From a virus: a stretch of DNA of 60,447 nt. The notes beneath the pieces were generated by a model. It was not told where the DNA came from, made no database searches, and worked only from the letters and a program-made list of their open reading frames with translations. The translations under genes and the position numbers were made by a program. Each line of letters begins with the position of its first letter. The stretch's first letter is position 1. Below are positions 1 to 8,127 of the stretch, in pieces. Location: the IMG/VR virus record IMGVR_UViG_3300017773_000009, positions 1 through 60,447 of that record. One strand, given 5' to 3'.

Positions 1-118
1 CATATTTAGTTCCAAAGTATATAGCATCAGCTATAGTCATTCCCTTAACAAAGAAAGACTTCTCTGACCTATCATACATTCCATCTATAGATATTGGATT
101 GTATCCTCTTTGTATAAG
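1..118. repeat. 118-bp block identical to the window end (60330..60447). Circular-assembly overlap or permutation junction, not a physical terminus.
   Basis: catatttagttcc...cctctttgtataag occurs at both ends base for base. It lies inside an uninterrupted reading frame. Confidence 0.95.
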
Positions 119-3100
119 TTCTAGTCTAAGCTCTTCATTCTTTTGCTTATTAATCTCATCAGACTGTGGTTGATTGTTTGGATTCTCAGCAGTCATGTGA
201 GCAAATGTACCATTGCCATTAACTGCATTATTAATATCCTCAACAAAACCTTCTCTACTTTCTGTGTTAGCATTAACCCTAGAAGCCTCTGTGTTTCTTC
301 TGCTTGATGGTTTAGATACTGATATGTTAACCATTTCATCAGTAACACCATTTAAGAAATCAAACACATTCATTCCTTCTTGGAAGTCAGATACGCTCAT
401 GCCATCTTTGTTAGACGCAAATAAGTTTTTAAAGAAGTCCATAAGTTTTTTATAGAAACTTCTCTGCTCATTTAACTTGGCATCTAATTTATTCTTAGTT
501 AAGTGTGCATAGTATTCTATTAGAGCTTCTTCAAACTGTTCTGCTTTGGTAAAGTCAGATTCTTTATAGTTTTGCTTTGCCCAATCTAAGAAAGACTTAG
601 CCTCTTTAGTAGTGTTAAAGAACTCAGATAATTGAGTTTCAAATGACTCAACACCAATGGACTTTATAACCTTTTCTACAACTGGGTGTAATCTTTCGTG
701 ATACACAGTTCTTATATCAGCGATAGACTTATCTATAACCATTATACCATTACCAATATAAACACCCTGACCACCTTTCTGAGATACATTCATCCCATCT
801 AGAACATTATTGTACTCTTCTGTGTTGTTAGTTGTAATTATCTCTATACCCTCTTCCTGTTGAAGTTTGTTAGCAACCATGTCGATTCCCATCTTTCTGG
901 TTTGCTGTTCTTGATAAGATTCTGTAGAAAGGTTTAAAAGTTTTACTCCATCAACAACAGATGTTTGTCCTTTAACTACTGATGATAGAATGTTCATAGT
1001 CTGGTCATCCCTAGTAAAAGTATTTTCAGCAGCACCCTCTTTGTTTGTGTTTATCTCAACATTAATAAATCCATCCCTAACTTTTTCAAGGTTAGATTCT
1101 TTAGATATAAACTCTCTAAACTCTTCTCTAGAAAGAACATCACCATCAACAACATACTGAGCTGTTGTTCTTCCCTTTATTATATCAAGATACATTTGTT
1201 TTTGCTCTTGTATCTCTTGATTTATAGCCTCTATTTGTTCGTTAACATCTAGTTCGTTTGCTTCTTTGTTAGATTCAATAAGTTCTTTCTTTTGATTTTC
1301 TAACACCTCAATAGAGTGAAACACAGACCTAGCTTGTCTTACTGTAGCTATATCGTTCATCTTATCTTGAACAAGACTTAACTTAAACTTAGCTTCAGCA
1401 GCAACATGTCTTAAGATATTGTTGGCATCTTGTTGTGTTATTGTTTCATTCTTTACAAGCTCTCCTAGAGTTCCTACAATCTGATTTATTCTAGCATCTA
1501 ACTTCTCTTGTAGATTTAGTTGCTCTCCTTTGTTTTTATCTTTCTTAGCCTGATTAAATGCCTTTCTGTTTTGAGACATTTTTTCTAACAAACCATCATC
1601 TAATAGTTCAGCAGCTAAGTTTTCTATGTACTTATCTTTTATTATACCATTAGCAATATTTGGAACAGCGAAACCTAATCCCATAGCAGCACCTAATGCA
1701 AACTCTTCTTTACCATGTGGTGATAAAGCATGGTCTACATAGCTTTTAAACCCATTCCTTTTATTATCTTCAAGGTTAAAGTATCCCTGTATAGTTTCTT
1801 CTACACCCTCTGAAGTAAGCTGAAATCCAACAGCAGCAGTTGTTCCAAGTTTTCCAGGAAGTTTAACACCTTTAAGACCTGCAATAGCTAATCCTATCTG
1901 TAAAGCATCAAGACCAACTAGGGTCATGTTATCATCGTATACTTGCTTAAACTTTTTTAAAGCATCTTGCTCAGAAGCTCCAGATTTAATCTGCTCTCCA
2001 TAAGCACCACCTGCTTCCATAAATGATTCTATTGGTCTACTAGCAAACGCACCAGTAATACCTTGCGTTATAATAGTACCAATAGTTCCAAGACCAACAG
2101 ATGCAGCTCCAGCAAGACCTGCCTTCGCTCCAGCATATCCTGCTGGTAAAAGAGATAGAACAAATGGTATGGTAGAAGCACCCCTGTAATACCACCAATC
2201 TGAATTAGATAAGCTTGATAAACTAAACTCCTCTAATATTGGAGCACCATACTCTGCTAAGTTTCTACCCTGTATCATTTCAGTACCCTCAACTAAAAAG
2301 TTTGCTAAGTCTTTGCTTAATGTTTGACTAGCATCATTTACACCAGTAGCTTTTAAACCCCAGCCAACTGTACTTAAAACATTAGACCAACCCATTTCCA
2401 TGGCAGCATCAAACTTTTCTCCACCACTTAAGTAGGAATACCTCTTAGCATCATTAATTGACTTCTGCTTAACAACACTCTTGTAGCTATCCTTGTATAT
2501 TTCTTTTATCTTTAATTTCTCATCTTCATTGTAAGAATACTTAGAGTCTATATTAGAAAGTTTTACAGCTATAGCTTCATTAGCTCTATCTTCTAAAGAC
2601 TTCATTTCAGTCTCGTATATCTTTACAGCCTCATCATAGTTTATCTCTCCCTTAGCTACTCTTTCATTTAAACTCTTGTTTAGTTTATTAGATAAATTAC
2701 TAGCATCTAATTCGTACTTCTCAACAGATAAGTTTAAAGCTTCGTTAGATTCCCTCTCAGCTAAAAACCCTGATGTAGAAGGAGGAACTATACCACTCTG
2801 TTGTATGTTTAGTTGTGCAAGTTGAAAAGCCTTATCATTAAACTGAAGGCTTGACATCTTTTCTTTAACAGCTAGGTTCGCTTTATCTATCTCTTGTATA
2901 GTCCAAGGTATTTGAACCTCAGGGTCAGTTAAATCTATCTCTCCATTTGAAACCTTATCCTGAAACTCATAGTATTCTTTCCTCTTAATATCAAAAAAGT
3001 TTCTAAGACCTGCATAGTTAAACTTTCTCTCTGGAGTGTTAGGGTCTCTTAAATCACCATAGTCTCCCCTAAGCCACATTGGAAATGTTACTAAAAGCTC

Positions 3101-3748
3101 ATGACTATTTCTTTCTGGTACAGGCTTTTGCTTTTCATTAGATATATGAAGTAGAGTGTGGTCAACTAAAACATTAACCCTGTCTTTTATATCAAAATCT
3201 CTAGTTGCTGTAGAAAGTTCATCAGAGTTAGATAGGTCATTAACAACATCTACTCTTGGTGGCTGTGCAACAAATACATTGTCTGCCTGTAATGGCTCTG
3301 GAGAAAAATCTAGTGGCTCTGGAGCTTCTTGCTTCTCAACCTTTTGCTCTGGCATTTGTATATCTTCAGGCTTGTAGAATTTAGTATCTATAACATCACC
3401 ACCTTGCCTTAGAGATATTGTACTAGCAATGTCTTGCTGTGCCTTTCCAGGACTTACATTCCACATTTTTTCTTGGAAGTTCCAGTAGTTTTCTACCCTA
3501 TCTTCTGTATCAATGTCTACCCAACTCTTTCCATCGTACCTATTAAATATCTCTTGAGACAGAGAGTCTGAGTTAAACTCTTCTATTTCTGGTAATACAT
3601 ATTCTGTACCCAAAGATGTTGATGCACCTCCACTTATGTCTTCTTCTTTTTTTTTTAAAGTATTATCAAAAGATGAAAAGTCAATTTCTTGTTTCTTGTT
3701 GAGTGCGTTATCGAAAGCACTGAAGTCAATGTTGTTGTTGTCTGACAT
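1..3748 (-). CDS. N-terminal part (about 1249 codons) of a giant 3318-aa virion/ejection-type polyvalent protein. Partial in the window; continues across the circular junction into 60329..54121.
   Basis: ATG at 3748-3746 (MSDNNNIDFSAFDNALNKKQEIDF...), 1 nt after the stop of the upstream gene. The frame reads ...NEELRLELIQRGYNPISIDGMYDRSEK at positions 180-60, matching the listed 54121..60408 ORF in the same frame (3748-79 is divisible by 3). No complete minus-strand ORF is listed in 1-3748, consistent with one open frame running off the edge. HERLH (HExxH) is at 700-686. Gly/Ala-rich hydrophobic segments (STIPFVLSLLPAGYAGAKAGLAGAASVGLGTIGTIITQGITGAFA) are encoded around 2045-2180. Confidence 0.85.
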   Translation of the reverse strand, partial: MSDNNNIDFSAFDNALNKKQEIDFSSFDNTLKKKEEDISGGASTSLGTEYVLPEIEEFNSDSLSQEIFNRYDGKSWVDIDTEDRVENYWNFQEKMWNVSPGKAQQDIASTISLRQGGDVIDTKFYKPEDIQMPEQKVEKQEAPEPLDFSPEPLQADNVFVAQPPRVDVVNDLSNSDELSTATRDFDIKDRVNVLVDHTLLHISNEKQKPVPERNSHELLVTFPMWLRGDYGDLRDPNTPERKFNYAGLRNFFDIKRKEYYEFQDKVSNGEIDLTDPEVQIPWTIQEIDKANLAVKEKMSSLQFNDKAFQLAQLNIQQSGIVPPSTSGFLAERESNEALNLSVEKYELDASNLSNKLNKSLNERVAKGEINYDEAVKIYETEMKSLEDRANEAIAVKLSNIDSKYSYNEDEKLKIKEIYKDSYKSVVKQKSINDAKRYSYLSGGEKFDAAMEMGWSNVLSTVGWGLKATGVNDASQTLSKDLANFLVEGTEMIQGRNLAEYGAPILEEFSLSSLSNSDWWYYRGASTIPFVLSLLPAGYAGAKAGLAGAASVGLGTIGTIITQGITGAFASRPIESFMEAGGAYGEQIKSGASEQDALKKFKQVYDDNMTLVGLDALQIGLAIAGLKGVKLPGKLGTTAAVGFQLTSEGVEETIQGYFNLEDNKRNGFKSYVDHALSPHGKEEFALGAAMGLGFAVPNIANGIIKDKYIENLAAELLDDGLLEKMSQNRKAFNQAKKDKNKGEQLNLQEKLDARINQIVGTLGELVKNETITQQDANNILRHVAAEAKFKLSLVQDKMNDIATVRQARSVFHSIEVLENQKKELIESNKEANELDVNEQIEAINQEIQEQKQMYLDIIKGRTTAQYVVDGDVLSREEFREFISKESNLEKVRDGFINVEINTNKEGAAENTFTRDDQTMNILSSVVKGQTSVVDGVKLLNLSTESYQEQQTRKMGIDMVANKLQQEEGIEIITTNNTEEYNNVLDGMNVSQKGGQGVYIGNGIMVIDKSIADIRTVYHERLHPVVEKVIKSIGVESFETQLSEFFNTTKEAKSFLDWAKQNYKESDFTKAEQFEEALIEYYAHLTKNKLDAKLNEQRSFYKKLMDFFKNLFASNKDGMSVSDFQEGMNVFDFLNGVTDEMVNISVSKPSSRRNTEASRVNANTESREGFVEDINNAVNGNGTFAHMTAENPNNQPQSDEINKQKNEELRLELIQRGYNPISIDGMYDRSEKSFFVKGMTIADAIYFGTKY

Positions 3749-3749
3749 A

Positions 3750-5816
3750 TTATAACTTATTGTTTTCTTTTAATAATTTTATAGCCTCTTCTCTAGTAAG
3801 GTTGTTTGAATTAGCAAAACTATTTATAGCTGCCTCAACATCAGCAGAGTAAATGTTTGCATTAAGAGAGTTTGCTTTTTCAATCTTAGCGTTAATCTCT
3901 TTTTTCCTTGTCGAAGATACATTAAAATTTCTATAGTCATCTTGATTTACAAAGAAATATTGTGACTTATCTTGCAGCATAGATAGTATGTCTGAACTTA
4001 TATTGCCTGATTCTACATTGGCAGTAGCTTGTTCAACACTAACATTATCTTGTTGCTGAAGCATGTTTATGATAGCATCTTTTTCTATCGCTCTATACAT
4101 TTTATTTAAACCCTTTTTGTATGGTGTTCCATCTGGGTCAACTAAAATTTCATCAGAGCTTGTTACTATATATCCATTATTATCAACAGAACCTATAACA
4201 TCTCCACCATCAAAGAATATATAATCATCTCTCTTATCTACAGATAGTTCTTGACCATCAGTACCTAATAGCTTAACTAAAGGTGGTGCTACCTTTGCAC
4301 TAGTGCTTTGCGTAAACACTCCATCAAAATTATACACAACACCATCTCCCATCTGTATAGCTTGTGGGTTTAGATTAATCTCCAAAACATCATCTGAGCC
4401 AGAATTTTTGGCAAGAACTTTTCTTCTGTAAGCTTCAGTATCAAAGTCTTTCTTAGCACCCTTAAATGACTTGTTAGAGAATCTACTGTAAGAGTATTCT
4501 TTTATTGCTTCAGGAAGAGTTTCCTCAAGCTTTCTGTTTAAAAGGTTTATAGTATTTTGAACCTTAGTTTCTCCAAACTTAGCTTTATTTTTTCTTAAGA
4601 ACTCTATAAACTGTGGTATATTGTTTTGGTTGTTTGGTGATTTATCAAACTGCTCGTTGTATACTAAGCCAAGCATTAACATTGCATCTTGGTCAGCCTC
4701 ACCTTCTATATCAGGACTATACAAATCATATATCTGACCAACATCAACAAAGTTTAAATTTAATTTAGACCTTAGGTCATTATACTTAGATAAGTCTTCA
4801 GATATAAATTCTTTTAGTGACTCGTTAGCTACATTTAACAATGAAGGATTCTGCATTATTTGTTGCAACTGCTCATCTGTTATTTGTCCCTGTAGTTTGT
4901 TTGATATGTTAGCCTTTAAAACCTTCATTTGATTTAAAATGTTTTGGTTTTCTGGGGTAGACATATCAGCCATAACCTCGTCATCAATAGATGAGAGAAG
5001 TGTATTTAAATCATTTACACCTGTGTAAGTTTTTTGCTGACCAGTAATTATACCTCTTTGATAGAAATCAATAGCTCTTATTCCATCAGGGGTGTCGTTA
5101 TACATAGAGTATAGCTTGTCAAATATTTCGCTATTCCTTATCTTGTTGCCATTCGCATCTACAGTAAAGGCATCATCATCCATCTTTTTGAATATCTCAT
5201 CATTGAAGTATTCATTCATCTCATCAGTTCTCCTAAGGTATGGATTCATAACCTCTCTTAGTTTATATTGAGATAGTGGTGGAGTGTTTGGGTCTGACAA
5301 CTGTTGAAACATTTCTAATGCTTCATACTCATAAACATCACCCTTATCAATGTCTGATTGTAGGTCAAGGTATCCCTTGTAGTTTTCAGCTACATCATTA
5401 GAAACCCTATCAACTTGATTTATAAGTGCATCAACCTGAGTCTTCATATTTCTAATATCCTGCTTCTTATACGCAGAAGTATTTTGTATCTCAAGCATCA
5501 GTTGATTTATCTCTTGTTGTTTACTTGTAGCAAACTCTTTAAGGTAGGCATTCTTATATCCTGTAGCACCTGCCTTCTTTAAATTTTCTTTAGCAAGGTT
5601 GTAGCTCTCAGCAACTGCTTTGTACTGAGCCTCCCTACTCTTAATCATGTTATTAGTAAGGTCAGAAAACTGCTTAGAAGCGTTACCAATTACCTGAGAT
5701 TGTAGTTGACCTATGTTAGCCATAGTCTGTGCTATAGCTTTTCCCTGTGTCTGTAGCGACTGTGATGGGTCTACCTTAGACTCTCCTATCGCTACTAATG
5801 CTTGTCCTATACTCAT
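3750..5816 (-). CDS. Internal virion/ejection-type protein, long helical/coiled-coil (688 aa)
   Basis: Complete ORF immediately upstream of the giant ORF, with stop and start 1 nt apart. Charged, heptad-like, Q/N/E/K-rich sequence. Position matches podovirus internal core genes. Confidence 0.5.
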   Translation of the reverse strand: MSIGQALVAIGESKVDPSQSLQTQGKAIAQTMANIGQLQSQVIGNASKQFSDLTNNMIKSREAQYKAVAESYNLAKENLKKAGATGYKNAYLKEFATSKQQEINQLMLEIQNTSAYKKQDIRNMKTQVDALINQVDRVSNDVAENYKGYLDLQSDIDKGDVYEYEALEMFQQLSDPNTPPLSQYKLREVMNPYLRRTDEMNEYFNDEIFKKMDDDAFTVDANGNKIRNSEIFDKLYSMYNDTPDGIRAIDFYQRGIITGQQKTYTGVNDLNTLLSSIDDEVMADMSTPENQNILNQMKVLKANISNKLQGQITDEQLQQIMQNPSLLNVANESLKEFISEDLSKYNDLRSKLNLNFVDVGQIYDLYSPDIEGEADQDAMLMLGLVYNEQFDKSPNNQNNIPQFIEFLRKNKAKFGETKVQNTINLLNRKLEETLPEAIKEYSYSRFSNKSFKGAKKDFDTEAYRRKVLAKNSGSDDVLEINLNPQAIQMGDGVVYNFDGVFTQSTSAKVAPPLVKLLGTDGQELSVDKRDDYIFFDGGDVIGSVDNNGYIVTSSDEILVDPDGTPYKKGLNKMYRAIEKDAIINMLQQQDNVSVEQATANVESGNISSDILSMLQDKSQYFFVNQDDYRNFNVSSTRKKEINAKIEKANSLNANIYSADVEAAINSFANSNNLTREEAIKLLKENNKL

Positions 5817-5818
5817 AA

Positions 5819-6679
5819 TTAATTATAATTAAAGAACCTAAATGGCTCTGAAGTATTGTTAGTGTCCTTGTTAAAAGCACCTGCCTGTGCCATAGAACTT
5901 AAAGCATTTAATCCAGCAGTAGTCATAGCTGCTCCCTGTTGTGCTCCTGCTTGTAATTGAGCTGCACCAAACATTGCTTGATTCTGCATCCCTGACAACG
6001 CTACTTGTTGACCAAACTGTGCTTGACCTGTAGCTGCCTGAGAATATAAATTAAATAATTGTTGTTGTTTAGCCATCTCACTTTGTTGTTCCATACCTCT
6101 CTGACCACCTAATGTTTGGAAGGCTCCTTGTAACTGTGCAGACAATCCTTGTTCCATTTGCATTGCTCTTGGCAAGAAGTTTAAATACTCCTGCTCTTGT
6201 TTTTCCATCTCTGCTTCAGCTAAAGCTCCTGTTTGAGAAGCTTGCCCTGATAATGTTTTGACTAGTCCAGCAACATCTCTAGTTCCACCAACCTTAGATA
6301 ACCTTGCTATATTCTGCTCAGTCCTTTGTAAACCCTCAGTTAGTTTTTGTTCTGCATAACCAGAAAGAGGAGCTCTCCTCCTATCTTCCATCTCTTTTTG
6401 TAGTGTCTGTAGTCTAGATGTTCCTGACTCAAAAGCACCAGAAGCTAAATCCATAGCTTGTAAAAATTCTTGTGGTGTTTTATATGTGGGTATATTTTTA
6501 AACTGCTCTTCTGCTAAATCACCAAACTTATCTGCTCTTGCACTTGCATCTTGCTGCATTTGCTGCTGCATTGCTTGTTGGTCTCTAAACTGTCTAGCTC
6601 CTTGCTTCCTAGCTTTACTGGATTGATATGCTCCAAGTAAGGCTGAACCTCCAGCTATTATTGTAGTTGCTGCTGCCAT
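5819..6679 (-). CDS. Gln/Ala/Gly-rich low-complexity virion internal protein (286 aa)
   Basis: Complete ORF with QQAMQQQMQQ and AQLQAGAQQGAAMTTAG-type low complexity, tightly packed with its neighbours. Confidence 0.5.
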   Translation of the reverse strand: MAAATTIIAGGSALLGAYQSSKARKQGARQFRDQQAMQQQMQQDASARADKFGDLAEEQFKNIPTYKTPQEFLQAMDLASGAFESGTSRLQTLQKEMEDRRRAPLSGYAEQKLTEGLQRTEQNIARLSKVGGTRDVAGLVKTLSGQASQTGALAEAEMEKQEQEYLNFLPRAMQMEQGLSAQLQGAFQTLGGQRGMEQQSEMAKQQQLFNLYSQAATGQAQFGQQVALSGMQNQAMFGAAQLQAGAQQGAAMTTAGLNALSSMAQAGAFNKDTNNTSEPFRFFNYN

Positions 6680-6680
6680 A

Positions 6681-7082
6681 TTATATTCTTTTAACCATCT
6701 CTATTGGTCTATCTGCCTCAATGAAACCACAGTTTTCAAATTTCTTTTTCAAGTTCTCATTCTTTAAACTTGTATATACTACTGAAAATCCTGATGTCTT
6801 AGCGTAATCCAATAATGTATTTATTAATAATTCTATTGATTCCTTTCTAATCTGCCTGTCTCTAACCTCATAGTTAGAAACTATGTACTCAAGCCAACAC
6901 ATATTACTGTTTGTAAAGTATAGAAAACCACCACAAACATCTACATCATCATGCTTAACTACAAATCCATTTAATCCATTTGCAGGTAACATCTCTCTAG
7001 TGGGTGCTGGAAATCTCCAGAACCTCCACCAGTCTACAAATGTTTCGTAATCGTTTTCGTTTAAATTTCTTATACTAAGCAT
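6681..7082 (-). CDS. GNAT-fold N-acetyltransferase-like protein (133 aa from the ATG; the ORF track starts at TTG 7091)
   Basis: Pattern ...WLEYIVSNYEVRDRQIRKESIELLINTLLDYAKTSGFSVVYTSLKNENLKKKFENCGFIE matches the beta4-alpha3-beta5-alpha4 core layout of GNAT enzymes. The usual R/Q-x-x-G-x-G/A acetyl-CoA loop is degenerate. ATG at 7082 lies 6 nt downstream of a TATATTTG box. Confidence 0.5.
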   Translation of the reverse strand: MLSIRNLNENDYETFVDWWRFWRFPAPTREMLPANGLNGFVVKHDDVDVCGGFLYFTNSNMCWLEYIVSNYEVRDRQIRKESIELLINTLLDYAKTSGFSVVYTSLKNENLKKKFENCGFIEADRPIEMVKRI

Positions 7083-7088
7083 CGAATG

Positions 7089-7096
7089 CAAATATA
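7089..7096 (-). promoter_or_regulatory. Candidate Bacteroidota -7 box (TATATTTG on the minus strand) abutting the GNAT-like ATG
   Basis: caaatata on the plus strand is TAnnTTTG on the minus strand. No clear -33 TTG. Confidence 0.3.
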
Positions 7097-7116
7097 CAAA
7101 AAAATATTATTAAATC

Positions 7117-8127
7117 CTATCTTCCATGCCTACCACTAAACACATATCCTAACCCTGTAGCAAACATGTGTGCAGCAGACTTTAGGCTATTCCTTAATTT
7201 AACTATAAGGGTTTGTGAACGAATATCATCACCACTCATTAAGCCACCCTTACTAGCAATGTTTCTATATATTGGTGCATAGTACATACCCTCCTTCTCT
7301 TTATAATCTCTAAGGAGGTTATTTGTTGATTGATTTCTCTCGTTCTCTATGTTCATCACAACCCATGGAGATGTTCCACTTATGGATATGTTCTTGTATA
7401 TCTTTGGTTGAACAGGTGCCACATTAGAAACATAATGTATTTCGCTATAATCTTCATCAGGATTATTGGCACTTAAATTTACAATTCTTATATTCGTTAC
7501 ATTTGCAGTTAATATTCTTCTCCTAATGTAGAAAGCTGCGTTACTACCTATTGCCTGAATCACACCTCTGTAATTTCCATTTCCACTAACTCTAATAGAA
7601 TTATATGCTGCACCTGCTATACCCATATCAGCAAACCCCTCAACTTGTGAATAGTTAGATACAGTAAAGCTAATTTCTACATAATCTCCTGCACTAATAC
7701 CTCCATTACCTAATCTAATTACAGAATAAAAATTATCAAAAATATTACCTGTGTTGTCATACTCAAAAGAATCATCAGTTATATTGTTAATAAATCCAAG
7801 GTCAACAGTTGGATTACCTCCTCCCTGATAAGAACTAGGTGTTATAGCTGTAGCATTAGAAAGATTCTCAACCTCTTCTTCTGGTGAGTTGTAAAAATTA
7901 AACTGTTGATTATTAAAGAACTCGTTGTGTGTTCCTGAATCAAACATCTTGTACATGCCACCTTGATGAAAAGAAAACATTCCCTGACTACTATTTTGAT
8001 ACATCTCAGGATAAAAAGAATAGAATGTTGTCCACTTATTTAACCTTTCATTAAAAGCTAATGTCTGTGGTTTTACAGCCCTACCCCTATAAGGAAATGT
8101 TCTTGGTTTTGATAAACTTGCTCCCAT
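7117..8127 (-). CDS. Tail-associated structural protein (336 aa)
   Basis: Complete ORF sharing one base with the stop of the 1732-aa gene (coupled). Beta-rich N/S/G composition. Confidence 0.45.
   Translation of the reverse strand: MGASLSKPRTFPYRGRAVKPQTLAFNERLNKWTTFYSFYPEMYQNSSQGMFSFHQGGMYKMFDSGTHNEFFNNQQFNFYNSPEEEVENLSNATAITPSSYQGGGNPTVDLGFINNITDDSFEYDNTGNIFDNFYSVIRLGNGGISAGDYVEISFTVSNYSQVEGFADMGIAGAAYNSIRVSGNGNYRGVIQAIGSNAAFYIRRRILTANVTNIRIVNLSANNPDEDYSEIHYVSNVAPVQPKIYKNISISGTSPWVVMNIENERNQSTNNLLRDYKEKEGMYYAPIYRNIASKGGLMSGDDIRSQTLIVKLRNSLKSAAHMFATGLGYVFSGRHGR

Noticed and set aside
1-118. The 118-bp terminal repeat as a genuine direct terminal repeat or packaging end
   Set aside because: It lies in the middle of a continuous 3318-codon frame with no associated end signals. 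An assembly overlap is the simpler explanation.
3647-3656. T10/A10 homopolymer in the giant gene as a programmed frameshift site
   Set aside because: The frame is continuous through it (encoding KKK), and neither alternative frame opens a long ORF.
7089-7091. TTG start codons chosen by the ORF track at 7091, 54115 and 29948
   Set aside because: In each case the TTG is part of the TATATTTG promoter-like box (or the -33 TTG), and an in-frame ATG follows within 2-11 codons. Starts were moved to 7082, 54109 and 29981.
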